Numbered from the stretch's first letter, positions 20,150 to 28,467 are shown. The stretch is 53,943 nt of DNA from a virus (IMGVR_UViG_3300020045_008102:1-53943), one strand, 5' to 3'. Notes: generated from the sequence alone by a model not told the origin. Translations and numbers: made by a program.

Positions 20150-21902
20150 TAGATTTCTCCTTGATTATGTTCATTAATTGTGCTTCGGTTATTTGTGGAA
20201 TACCATACTTTATTGCTTTGTTAATCTTAGTCTTTCCTGCATCGGCGCCGATAATTAGATAATTCGTATCCATTGTAACTGTTGCAGAGAAGCCAAAACT
20301 AAAATCATCAAGCATTTCAATCATTGCATCACGATCCATACTTAGTGTTCCAGTAATACAATACTTTGCTTTAGCTGGTGTTGGAACAGGTGCAAATTTA
20401 AAAATTTTCATTTCAGCAGCAGCTTTTTGATAAGCCATTACTGCACCAGCAAAACTTTCCCTTGCCTTACTTGGAACATTACCAGATAATATTCCTGTCT
20501 TAATATATTGACATAATTTAAGTGCTGACTTATGAGCTAATCCTTGCAAACCTAAACCAGCTATAAAATGAGACATGTTTTTAGTATAATCAATTGCATT
20601 AACTTCTGTAATAATATTTGCAAAAATAGTTTCACCAAGAACATCAATCACATTATGCATAATATTATAAGAATACATATCAAGTAATGCCCAGGGCTTT
20701 GATATTAAAACTGAATAACAATTGGCATTATTCAAGAGTTTTTCAATCATTGCCTCACCAATACCATCAACCTTTATACCTTTATTAGAGTAAAAATAAG
20801 CAATCGATACTATCTTTTGTGCAATACAATTACTTCCATTACAGACTAAATGCACACCATCCCACTGAAGAAGTCCTTTACAAGTTGGACAAACTTGAGG
20901 CAAAGGTAAATAATTATCAGAATACTCTACTTCAATTATCTTCGGAATTATTTCTCCAGCTTTACCAACAGTTATTTTCGATCCTATTTTAATATTTTTA
21001 TCAAATAACCACTTGGCATTATTTCCAGTAACTCGTGAGTTAGTTGTCACACAAAGATCAATTGGTTCATAAATTACCGTAGGAATTACTCTACCTAAGC
21101 GTGATACATTCCATTCAATATCAGTGACAACTGTTGCTTTAATTTGAATCGGAGGTTTCCATGCAATACTCCAACTACTTGTTGTTCCATTATTCCCTGC
21201 AATCATACGTGACTTTTCATCTTTGATCTTCAACATCAATCCGTCAATTGGATAAATCTTCGACCATTCTGCATGGGTAAAAATGAGAAGTTCACCTAAA
21301 GATTCTAAATCTCCATCATAATTATAATCTTTTGATAAATCACCAAAGTTATGCGGAATAGCTGTCATCATAGCACTTGGTGCTTCATGCTTGCGAGCTA
21401 ACCATCCAGCGACTACATTTCGAGGATTCTTTCCGAAATCAGGATTCCATTCAGCGACAGGTAAAAGAAGTTCAACTGCTTGAAAATTTCGTAACTGAAA
21501 ATTAATATTAATAAAAGGCAGCATGTGAGTAACATCACTTCCGCATTTACCATCACCTTCAAGAGTTATACTCAAACCATCTTTTTCTTTAGTGATAACT
21601 GCAGCGCATCCATCATATTTTGGTTCAATAATGAGTTGCTGATTGCCAAAGCGCGTTAAAAATGGTTTAAGATCTTCCATCCCAAAAGCTTTATTAGTTC
21701 CGAAGATTTGATGCTTGTGCCAAGATTTATTATGAACTTGTTGATGCGCTTTGGCAGTATGATAAAGCAAAGGATGATTTGGTTCCATAGCATAAAGTGC
21801 TTGCCACAAAATATCATACTCGGCATCTGTTATGAATGGAATTCCGGCAGAATAAGCCATATTAGCTTCTTCGATTGCCTGTTCAAGAGTTTCTTTATTC
21901 AT
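20142..21902 (-). CDS. ligA: NAD-dependent DNA ligase
   Basis: ITDAEYD, EPKYDG, IDG...K, IAWK, OB fold, CPTC Zn finger, C-terminal BRCT (YCITGTL...TNYLIIG). Confidence 0.92.
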   Translation of the reverse strand: MNKETLEQAIEEANMAYSAGIPFITDAEYDILWQALYAMEPNHPLLYHTAKAHQQVHNKSWHKHQIFGTNKAFGMEDLKPFLTRFGNQQLIIEPKYDGCAAVITKEKDGLSITLEGDGKCGSDVTHMLPFININFQLRNFQAVELLLPVAEWNPDFGKNPRNVVAGWLARKHEAPSAMMTAIPHNFGDLSKDYNYDGDLESLGELLIFTHAEWSKIYPIDGLMLKIKDEKSRMIAGNNGTTSSWSIAWKPPIQIKATVVTDIEWNVSRLGRVIPTVIYEPIDLCVTTNSRVTGNNAKWLFDKNIKIGSKITVGKAGEIIPKIIEVEYSDNYLPLPQVCPTCKGLLQWDGVHLVCNGSNCIAQKIVSIAYFYSNKGIKVDGIGEAMIEKLLNNANCYSVLISKPWALLDMYSYNIMHNVIDVLGETIFANIITEVNAIDYTKNMSHFIAGLGLQGLAHKSALKLCQYIKTGILSGNVPSKARESFAGAVMAYQKAAAEMKIFKFAPVPTPAKAKYCITGTLSMDRDAMIEMLDDFSFGFSATVTMDTNYLIIGADAGKTKINKAIKYGIPQITEAQLMNIIKEKSNE

Positions 21903-21911
21903 ACTTGATCC

Positions 21912-22202
21912 TTATAATTCTTGTTTTTGAATTAACAAACTAGCAAGCAAGCCTGGAAGATCAAACTGACTTCTGCTTGATCTATGTAATTGATTGATTA
22001 CATCTTCAATATCATTATTCTGCCAAGCAAGTGAAATTATCCGCGTCAAAGAATCATATATAGCAGCGACTTTAGGAATTTGATCGTTTACTGAAGATAT
22101 GAAGATTTCTTTTGCTTCACATGAAATAAAGACATAAATCATATCTCCATCATATTTGATTCGATCTCTTGTTCCAGTTACTTCATCAAGTTTCTTTGCC
22201 AT
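21912..22202 (-). CDS. Stand-alone TSCPD-like domain (resembles the class II RNR C-terminus)
   Basis: G...RI.....IYV......EIFI.....D.LTRIISLA...EDVINQL pattern; Cys motif absent. Confidence 0.55.
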   Translation of the reverse strand: MAKKLDEVTGTRDRIKYDGDMIYVFISCEAKEIFISSVNDQIPKVAAIYDSLTRIISLAWQNNDIEDVINQLHRSSRSQFDLPGLLASLLIQKQEL

Positions 22203-22405
22203 TATTTATTCCAATTCTCAAGTATTGCATTTAAAGAATCTATTGTCATAGCAAGCAATGTTTTTTCTACTTCATTTGTTGTTTTAGAATTAATTGTTCT
22301 TTTTGCTATAGCAATCATACAAGACATTTGCCCTTTGTTCCAGTTACGTTCACGTGCATCTTTCTGTGCTGGAGTTGCTGGCTTAATAATCTTTCTTTTT
22401 ATCAT
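22202..22405 (-). CDS. Hypothetical protein
   Basis: AGGAG RBS, coupled to the downstream gene. Confidence 0.6.
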   Translation of the reverse strand: MIKRKIIKPATPAQKDARERNWNKGQMSCMIAIAKRTINSKTTNEVEKTLLAMTIDSLNAILENWNK

Positions 22406-22473
22406 AATAATCTCCTGATTTTTCTTTGTTTAAGAATTACTATAAGTAAATAAAGTTTATAATAATTACTAAA

Positions 22474-22595
22474 GAAAGAAAATGCCAGTCTTTCCTGGCT
22501 GTCAGCCCTGCAGGAGTCACCCTGTTTGCCAATCTTCCTGGGCGGTCAGAATAGGCGGTCGACAAGTCCACCGACCCTAGCGATGCGTCAACAAC
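22474..22595 (-). ncRNA. GC-rich multi-hairpin RNA element ending in a terminator-like hairpin
   Basis: Hairpins GGTCGG..TCGACC, CAGG-GTGACT-CCTG and GCCAG-GAAAGA-CTGGC followed by a U-rich tail. Confidence 0.5.
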
Positions 22596-22657
22596 CTATA
22601 TGACAAAACATGAAAAGAAATATCTTTTTAAATACTTGTGAACCATTCGACAGGCAC

Positions 22658-22671
22658 GTTCATTTTTGAAC
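22658..22671. promoter_or_regulatory. GTTCA-N4-TGAAC palindrome, copy 3
   Basis: GTTCAttttTGAAC. Confidence 0.6.
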
Positions 22672-22687
22672 GGCAAGTTTTCATTTA

Positions 22688-22774
22688 AAAGCTGGGCAGG
22701 ATTCGAACCTGCAACCCTTGACGTTAAATAAACTTCATCGAAAACGTCCTCCTCTACCATTGAGCTACCAGCTT
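22688..22774 (-). tRNA. Non-canonical tRNA (Lys-like body) with an anticodon loop enlarged by ~14 nt
   Basis: 7-bp acceptor AAGCTGG/CCAGCTT; D-arm TAGCTCAATGGTAGAG; T-arm GCAGGTTCGAATCCTGC; GACGTT/AACGTC stem around a 17-nt loop; no encoded CCA. Confidence 0.7.
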
Positions 22775-22783
22775 AATTAAAGT

Positions 22784-23209
22784 TTATGAAGTGATTCTGG
22801 CGATCTCATTTCTGGGCTGACCAACCTTAATTGGATTCCCATCATCATCAGTGTTCATCCCGTCATTATAGCTCAGATCAGCTGAAAACTCAAGTCCAAC
22901 AAGATCACTCTCGTCAGTTTCTTCGTTTGGATCAAGGCCAAGAGAAGTCAAGAAATCCTTAACCATTCTCCACATCAATTGATTCTTTTCTTCATCATCG
23001 CCCTGATAATCTTTGTAATTACCATACCAGAGTGTGTGAAAGATGCTATTTGCATTATCTTCACCATCAATTTCACAAACAAGCATACAACCATAGCGGC
23101 CAGTACGTTGAGACTTAGTTTCTTTGACCTTAGAAATTCTAAGATCATACTCGCCTGCTTCAACTGGTGCCTTGTCTGGAATATCGGAAAGATTAGGGAT
23201 CATTGACAT
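22784..23209 (-). CDS. Single-stranded DNA-binding protein (DUF669-like)
   Basis: PVEAGEYDLRI, OB-like pattern, acidic, DLVG...RNEI; follows the Sak4-like gene. Confidence 0.75.
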   Translation of the reverse strand: MSMIPNLSDIPDKAPVEAGEYDLRISKVKETKSQRTGRYGCMLVCEIDGEDNANSIFHTLWYGNYKDYQGDDEEKNQLMWRMVKDFLTSLGLDPNEETDESDLVGLEFSADLSYNDGMNTDDDGNPIKVGQPRNEIARITS

Positions 23210-23275
23210 GATAAAACTCCTTTAAAATGAGGTTATTTGAACAAAGCGTAAGAACCATTTCCTACGCTAATTAAA

Positions 23276-24073
23276 TTATGGAATTACCGTCTTGCCAGCA
23301 AGATACGCTTTTGCTAGTTGATCCAGCGTTATTCCTTCGACTTTTGGCATATCAAATACTCTTGACTTTGCTTCAAAGCTAAGTTTTTCAGTGAAGTAAA
23401 TTTGCCTCTTATTTCCTTGAGTTGTCAGCAAGTATGCTTCATCAAAATCACAAGCAAGAAGTTGCCGAAACTGCCCATTAACTGCTGGATAGCGACCAAC
23501 TACTTCTTGATTAGAATTCATCAAAGTATGAAGATGAACTGTTACTGCTACTGCACAAGGAAGTTCCTGTAGTGTGCTAACGAATGTAGTCATCCAATTC
23601 AGCAATTGCCCCCAATGCGGGGGAGCCATACCAAGTTTCATATCAATTCGCTTACCAATTCCGCTTGGAGTAACTCCAGCCTTTTTAGCAATCTCATCAA
23701 TTGCTTTTAAGTTTACATTTGTTAAACTATCAATTACTAACAAGCCAGAATTTGCTGCAAGCCAATCAAAAAGACCATCTTTTTCATCTTGTTGAAATTG
23801 ATGCCAGAAATCAGAGAAAATTTGTTTATTACTTGAAAAATTATCTATTGTAATATCTGTACGTTTTCCTATAATTTTCTCTAATGTCTTTTCTCCACCT
23901 TTATCAAACATATAATAATGAATCGGCCCAGAAGTATAAGTAGCTGTGAAGTGTGTCTTACCTGAGCCACTATTTCCTGTTAATAAGAACTTCAGATTAA
24001 ATTTTCGTTCCTTATTAACAAGCTTTTGCTTATTCGGTGGAGCAAGCGTTTTTACCTTATTATCCATTTCCAT
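23276..24073 (-). CDS. Sak4-like AAA ATPase (ssDNA annealing)
   Basis: GNSGSGKT, LVIDSLT, AKSR. Confidence 0.8.
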   Translation of the reverse strand: MEMDNKVKTLAPPNKQKLVNKERKFNLKFLLTGNSGSGKTHFTATYTSGPIHYYMFDKGGEKTLEKIIGKRTDITIDNFSSNKQIFSDFWHQFQQDEKDGLFDWLAANSGLLVIDSLTNVNLKAIDEIAKKAGVTPSGIGKRIDMKLGMAPPHWGQLLNWMTTFVSTLQELPCAVAVTVHLHTLMNSNQEVVGRYPAVNGQFRQLLACDFDEAYLLTTQGNKRQIYFTEKLSFEAKSRVFDMPKVEGITLDQLAKAYLAGKTVIP

Positions 24074-24091
24074 TTAAAACTCCTTTAAATG
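24071..24091. repeat. 21-bp direct repeat, copy 1 (translation initiation region)
   Basis: CATTTAAAACTCCTTTAAATG, identical at 24640-24660. Confidence 0.9.
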
Positions 24092-24642
24092 GTTTTGTTC
24101 TTATGATCCAATACGAGCTTTACAAGTTCTGGATCTGCCTCAGCCAATTGAATAAGTCTGTCTAAAGAAGTAATTAGTTTCTCCAGGCTCCAATCATTTA
24201 TCTTATTAAGTTTTTCTTCAACTGCTGAAAGTTTTTCTAAATCTTTCTTTATCTTTTCAGCAGTGTCTGTCATTTTCTTATTGAAAAGTTTTTCTGTATC
24301 AGAGAATTTCTTTTCAATTTCTGTATACTTTTCTTCCGCTTTTATTGCAATATCTAAAAGAACTTGATGAGCTTTATCTGCATGAACTTTAGCTTGAATA
24401 GCCATATCATCCATATTTTCAAGAGATGTTACAATCTCTCGCTTTTGTGCTTCAGTAATAGCTAAGATAAGTTTATCAGGCTCAAGTATAGCTGATTCAG
24501 TCTTAAGTACTTCTACAAGACTTTGAGCAATTTCACACTCAATCAACTTATCATCTGCTAAATTACTTTTAATTTTTATTGCTTCTTTTGATTTCCAAGA
24601 ACTTGCTTCTTCAATTGTATAAGCTAACTGAAATGTTTTCAT
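24085..24642 (-). CDS. Coiled-coil hypothetical protein
   Basis: 185 aa, heptad-rich, flanked by 21-bp direct repeats. Confidence 0.7.
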   Translation of the reverse strand: MKTFQLAYTIEEASSWKSKEAIKIKSNLADDKLIECEIAQSLVEVLKTESAILEPDKLILAITEAQKREIVTSLENMDDMAIQAKVHADKAHQVLLDIAIKAEEKYTEIEKKFSDTEKLFNKKMTDTAEKIKKDLEKLSAVEEKLNKINDWSLEKLITSLDRLIQLAEADPELVKLVLDHKNKTI

Positions 24643-24660
24643 TTAAAACTCCTTTAAATG
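24640..24660. repeat. 21-bp direct repeat, copy 2
   Basis: CATTTAAAACTCCTTTAAATG. Confidence 0.9.
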
Positions 24661-24674
24661 TTGTTAAGCAGTTG

Positions 24675-24860
24675 CTAATCTATTTCTTCTTCATTCATGG
24701 CAAAGTCAATAGCTTTTCGAAAATCATTATCAGCAGCAGATGTTGTACCATTTCTATAAATTACAAAATAATAAGGATCTGAAGAATTTTCACCATTCTT
24801 ACGAATAGCTATACTATTATCAGCAAGCCATTCAAGTCTTTCCTTATCTGTTCCCATCAC
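24675..24860 (-). CDS. Hypothetical protein
   Basis: DKERLEWL...FRKAID.AM pattern typical of small phage proteins; AGGAG RBS. Confidence 0.65.
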   Translation of the reverse strand: MMGTDKERLEWLADNSIAIRKNGENSSDPYYFVIYRNGTTSAADNDFRKAIDFAMNEEEID

Positions 24861-24870
24861 TTTATCTCCT

Positions 24871-25077
24871 TTAAATATAAATAGGTATTAATGTAACATC
24901 TGATACTCTCCATTGACAATCACGAGAATTAATGTATGTTTGAACTTGAATATAATTTTGAAAGTAATTATCTTTTATATTAAAATCAAAACTCATTACT
25001 CTACCAAGACCGTCAGGACAAATACACTCCTGCCCTATTATTGGATACTCATCAGAATGTGCATATAAATCTTTCAT
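24871..25077 (-). CDS. Hypothetical protein
   Basis: GAGG RBS, coupled to the exonuclease gene. Confidence 0.6.
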   Translation of the reverse strand: MKDLYAHSDEYPIIGQECICPDGLGRVMSFDFNIKDNYFQNYIQVQTYINSRDCQWRVSDVTLIPIYI

Positions 25078-26057
25078 GATTTCACCTCATTACCTGCTAA
25101 TCGCTGACGCATTTTTTCATCATGTTCATCAGGATCCCAAGCATCAAAATGAAATCCTTGAGGAGCTTTATCCATCCAGCCGAGTGGATTATTTCGCATC
25201 CTGCAAAGATCAAAATAAGTGCAAGGAGACATAAAACTGGTACATGCTTGACCATAGCAACGATAAAAAGACTTTAGCAAATCTGATCTATCTGTGCATC
25301 GTTCTTTGTCTTCAGCAAGCAGTTTAATATCTTCTTGAATCTTTCCAACATAAAAGATCAAGTCATGCAGAAAGTGATCTATTGCACTTGAGCGTTTACT
25401 AATTGTAATTGGCTGAAAGTCAATCTTACTTTTCTGACATAATGCTACACGATAAGTAATCTTTGGAATTTTATCATAAAATAATCTGCCAGCAGTCAAA
25501 TAACCATCTGTCTGGAAACTATTTTCAAATGTTTGTGGAGTAATTGCATAGATTACCTTAGCTGTCTTGTGATCAAAAATTTCGATTCCATCACCATCAC
25601 TGAGGATCAGATCAATTCGACCAATATATCGTGGCAAACCTTTTCCATAATGTGATAAATCTATGGCAAAAGGAGCTTCAACAGCAAGAACAGATCGCTT
25701 GGCTGAATCCATTTCCATAAAGCGATCCCAATATGCTTTATACATATTTGCTGCATGTCCTGGAGATTTTGGAAAAATCAAATCCTCATCTTTCCAGAGT
25801 GGCGCACCATCAAGAGTCCAAAGTTTGTTAAAAGATTTAATTGAATGAACAGTCAAATCCATTTGAGATACTGCTTTCGGATCTGCTTTTAGAAGGTTGT
25901 ATGATTCTTCAAGGCCATAATGCCAGCAAGAACCAAAGACAAGGTGAATGGAATTACCCATAGGACGTAAGTTCATCATGTACTGAAATAAGAACTTGCG
26001 AGGGCATCCCATGTAAGTACTAAGAGATGAATAATCTATTTTTTCTGTATAGTCCAT
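25074..26057 (-). CDS. PD-(D/E)xK exonuclease (Cas4/RecB-like, recombination module)
   Basis: YSSLSTY..CPRKF, FGS.WH, E.PF, GRIDL, DHKT, C-terminal C...PC.Y..LC. Confidence 0.88.
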   Translation of the reverse strand: MDYTEKIDYSSLSTYMGCPRKFLFQYMMNLRPMGNSIHLVFGSCWHYGLEESYNLLKADPKAVSQMDLTVHSIKSFNKLWTLDGAPLWKDEDLIFPKSPGHAANMYKAYWDRFMEMDSAKRSVLAVEAPFAIDLSHYGKGLPRYIGRIDLILSDGDGIEIFDHKTAKVIYAITPQTFENSFQTDGYLTAGRLFYDKIPKITYRVALCQKSKIDFQPITISKRSSAIDHFLHDLIFYVGKIQEDIKLLAEDKERCTDRSDLLKSFYRCYGQACTSFMSPCTYFDLCRMRNNPLGWMDKAPQGFHFDAWDPDEHDEKMRQRLAGNEVKS

Positions 26058-26092
26058 TGAAAAATCCTTTCAAGGAAAAAGAAAAATAAGGA

Positions 26093-26157
26093 GTCAGGTA
26101 CTGGAATCAAACCAGTAGTATTTATTGATCAGATAAATACCTTATTCATGACCTGAC
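26093..26157 (-). ncRNA. D-armless tRNA-like structure (loop CUGAUCA)
   Basis: GTCAGGT/ACCTGAC acceptor, 8-bp GTATTTAT/ATAAATAC stem with 7-nt loop, ACTGG-TTTGATT-CCAGT T-arm. Confidence 0.6.
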
Positions 26158-26167
26158 ATATTAAAAA

Positions 26168-26288
26168 TGTAGTGGACAGGATTCGAACCTGCATGAAGCA
26201 ATCTTTTAGATTATTAAGCTTCTACCATTTACCATGGCTGCGTCTATCCACTCTCGTTATGAAACGCGAGATTTTCGCCACCACTACA
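26168..26288 (-). tRNA. Non-canonical class II tRNA (central triplet GUA) with a hairpin inserted in the D-loop
   Basis: TGTAGTGG/CCACTACA acceptor; TGGCGAAA..TGGATAGACGC D-arm split by a 20-nt hairpin; long variable arm; GCAGGTTCGAATCCTGT T-arm. Confidence 0.7.
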
Positions 26289-26338
26289 ATGCTACAAACT
26301 ACGACTGGTTACGCCCGATTGTAGCTTCGGATTTTAAA

Positions 26339-26414
26339 TGATGAGTACTCGGCTACTTTCACCAAGACCTTAAAGGTTTCTCATTGCCGATAGTTTTCTC
26401 GGACATACTCATCA
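26339..26414 (-). ncRNA. Cloverleaf-sized structured RNA closed by a 9-bp stem
   Basis: TGATGAGTA/TACTCATCA terminal stem with internal hairpins CCGA/TCGG and ACCT/AGGT. Confidence 0.45.
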
Positions 26415-26427
26415 AAATAACTACTGC

Positions 26428-26793
26428 TTAACGAGCATTATTGAAGTTAGCAAGAACGGCCTCACGAACCTCAGGTGGCAGATTACCAAGGGCCTCAAGA
26501 GCTTTCTCCTCAGCAGTCTTAGTGATTCGCAGGGTAGGTTTCCAATCAGAGAAATCCTCGGCAAGGACAGCATCATCAGAGTTGGTAAACTCATCATTGT
26601 CATCTTTCTCTTCCAGCTTACGACGAACAACAGCACGGAAAGAGACTTTCAGCTGATTCTTAACCATATTTACTACCAGGTCTGCGCCAAGAGCCTCTAC
26701 CATTTCCTCGACAGTAGATGCACCCATAACTACAGGCTCAGTAACGGTAATCTCACGGCCAGCCTGATTGGAAACAACTTTGATCATTGACAT
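26428..26793 (-). CDS. Hypothetical protein, probably highly expressed
   Basis: Own promoter, AGGAG RBS, GC-richer codon usage. Confidence 0.8.
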   Translation of the reverse strand: MSMIKVVSNQAGREITVTEPVVMGASTVEEMVEALGADLVVNMVKNQLKVSFRAVVRRKLEEKDDNDEFTNSDDAVLAEDFSDWKPTLRITKTAEEKALEALGNLPPEVREAVLANFNNAR

Positions 26794-26900
26794 TTTTGAA
26801 TCTCCTTTAAAAAAATTAATAAATGGGCAAAACGCCCTGTTGAGTAATGCCGGTTTTTTCCGCTTCCGATTAAAGCGGGTTCTTCCGTCATCATGTGGTT

Positions 26901-26929
26901 ACTTTAGCCTTTTTTGGTTTTTTTGTCAA
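26901..26929 (-). promoter_or_regulatory. Sigma70-type promoter
   Basis: TTGACA-17-TAAAGT. Confidence 0.75.
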
Positions 26930-26966
26930 CACATTTTTTCACTTCTTTTAACCTTTTTTCACCTCC

Positions 26967-27197
26967 TTAGATAGTTTTTTTTTCTAATAAATCTTTTGTT
27001 TTTCTAAATGCTTCTGCCACTACTTCATCTTTACTAGCAAAACCATGTTCAGTATATTCATGCCAGATTGGACCTGTAGGACTAGTATCAATACCTTTTT
27101 TTATTGTTACTTTGAAAATATTATGATCAACAAACTGAGTATATACTACAATTTTTTGATCTAAAACAATATTCCAAGACATTTTTAATTTAGCCAT
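26967..27197 (-). CDS. Hypothetical protein
   Basis: ORF in the early/middle gene run with GAGG RBS. Confidence 0.6.
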   Translation of the reverse strand: MAKLKMSWNIVLDQKIVVYTQFVDHNIFKVTIKKGIDTSPTGPIWHEYTEHGFASKDEVVAEAFRKTKDLLEKKTI

Positions 27198-27206
27198 TGC
27201 TTAACC

Positions 27207-27413
27207 TCATTTAATCTTAATTGATCCATTCATTGTTTCCTTAGGTAGATTTTTATACTTATCTAATGCTTTAAACTGTAAGTATTTTTGCTCAGCTTGC
27301 TTAGCAGTATCTTCATTATACGGGCCTTTGATTGACCATAAGTTAAGTTTACATGAAATAATAATACAATCAGAGCATGGTCTATAGTTGACGAAATGAT
27401 TAAAATTATTCAT
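27207..27413 (-). CDS. Hypothetical protein
   Basis: Coupled ORF. Confidence 0.45.
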   Translation of the reverse strand: MNNFNHFVNYRPCSDCIIISCKLNLWSIKGPYNEDTAKQAEQKYLQFKALDKYKNLPKETMNGSIKIK

Positions 27414-27601
27414 AGTTTAATTATTTTGACCTCAATACATTGCGCTGAAATATAAGCACCACCCAAATTATTACATTTATTTTGTTGCTTAATTTGATAA
27501 GAAAATAAAAGAATTAATAGTCCAAATAAACAAATTATAATTAAATAAAAAACTTTAGTATTATCCATGATCTTATTCCTTTTGTGAATGAATTGTTCCA
27601 A
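27410..27601 (-). CDS. Small membrane protein
   Basis: One hydrophobic segment followed by C...GG.....C; true start is probably MDNTK. Confidence 0.55.
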   Translation of the reverse strand: MEQFIHKRNKIMDNTKVFYLIIICLFGLLILLFSYQIKQQNKCNNLGGAYISAQCIEVKIIKL

Positions 27602-27956
27602 TAATTTTTATAAAGGCTTCATCAATCTTTGTTTCAGGATAAGGCAATTCATGAGGTACTTTACGAAAACCACATTCAGCATCAGACCAAATAACTTGAT
27701 AAATCCTATCAGTTGATTGATTGATGTTTTTGATGATATCATTCTCATAAATCATAACACCTTTTGAATCTAACTTACCAGTAAACTGTTCAACATCTTT
27801 CAACTCAAAAGTTGCTGATCGAAGATCTGTTACTTTATAATCATTAATGAAGATCAAATTTTCATCAGCATACCAGTATTCTTTCGATTCTTTATCCCAG
27901 GCACGGAATCGCTTAATCATTTTGATTCTCCTAACTTGTTTGTCGTAAGATATCAC
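27573..27956 (-). CDS. YopX family protein
   Basis: FRAWDK...EQFTG..D..G..IYENDI...IIG.IH. Confidence 0.88.
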   Translation of the reverse strand: MISYDKQVRRIKMIKRFRAWDKESKEYWYADENLIFINDYKVTDLRSATFELKDVEQFTGKLDSKGVMIYENDIIKNINQSTDRIYQVIWSDAECGFRKVPHELPYPETKIDEAFIKIIGTIHSQKE

Positions 27957-28131
27957 GTGTTAAAAAAGTATTTCCACAATGAGGACATCCATTAAAAAAG
28001 AAAATATGCTTACATCTAACACATTGTTGATCTTCAGGTATATATGAATAATTAAGTATTTTAAGCTCAGGATAATCTTTTATTAACGCATTAAAAAATC
28101 TTTCAGGAAGCATAAAAGAACTAAGAGCCAT
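27931..28131 (-). CDS. Small Zn-ribbon protein
   Basis: CVRC...CPHCG. Confidence 0.55.
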   Translation of the reverse strand: MALSSFMLPERFFNALIKDYPELKILNYSYIPEDQQCVRCKHIFFFNGCPHCGNTFLTRDILRQTS

Positions 28132-28278
28132 TTTTTATTCCTCTTTAGGGATTAAGTAAATCTTCTTTTGATCTGCTTCAATGTAAATAATTGGGTCAAT
28201 TAATAAAGCATAAAGATGAATACTTGTTGTCAGCATTGTCCATATAGTAAGTTCAACTAGCATGATTAGTTCCTTAAG

Positions 28279-28467
28279 TTATTCAATATTCCATATTTTG
28301 CCACATTCAAGACATTCGTCATAATCACATTCAGGGGAATGTTCATCACCATCGCGATGACCTTTGATTATGTCAAAGCTATGACAATCAGGACACATTC
28401 TACCTTGTTCAATAAGTTGCTCAAATTCAGCATCATCTTTTGCAAGTTCTGCTGTTTTATTTTTCAT
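28279..28467 (-). CDS. Small Zn-ribbon protein
   Basis: CPDC...CLECG; GGAGG RBS. Confidence 0.65.
   Translation of the reverse strand: MKNKTAELAKDDAEFEQLIEQGRMCPDCHSFDIIKGHRDGDEHSPECDYDECLECGKIWNIE

Noticed and set aside
22688-22774. attP site or prophage integration at a tRNA
   Set aside because: No integrase, repressor or host genes in the window
25074-26057. Cas4-like nuclease as a sign of CRISPR-Cas
   Set aside because: No repeat-spacer array or other cas genes; it sits with Sak4 and SSB in a standard recombination module
26339-26414. Hammerhead ribozyme (TGATGAG...GAAA)
   Set aside because: Lacks the CUGAUGA core, and the TGATGAG is paired in the closing stem
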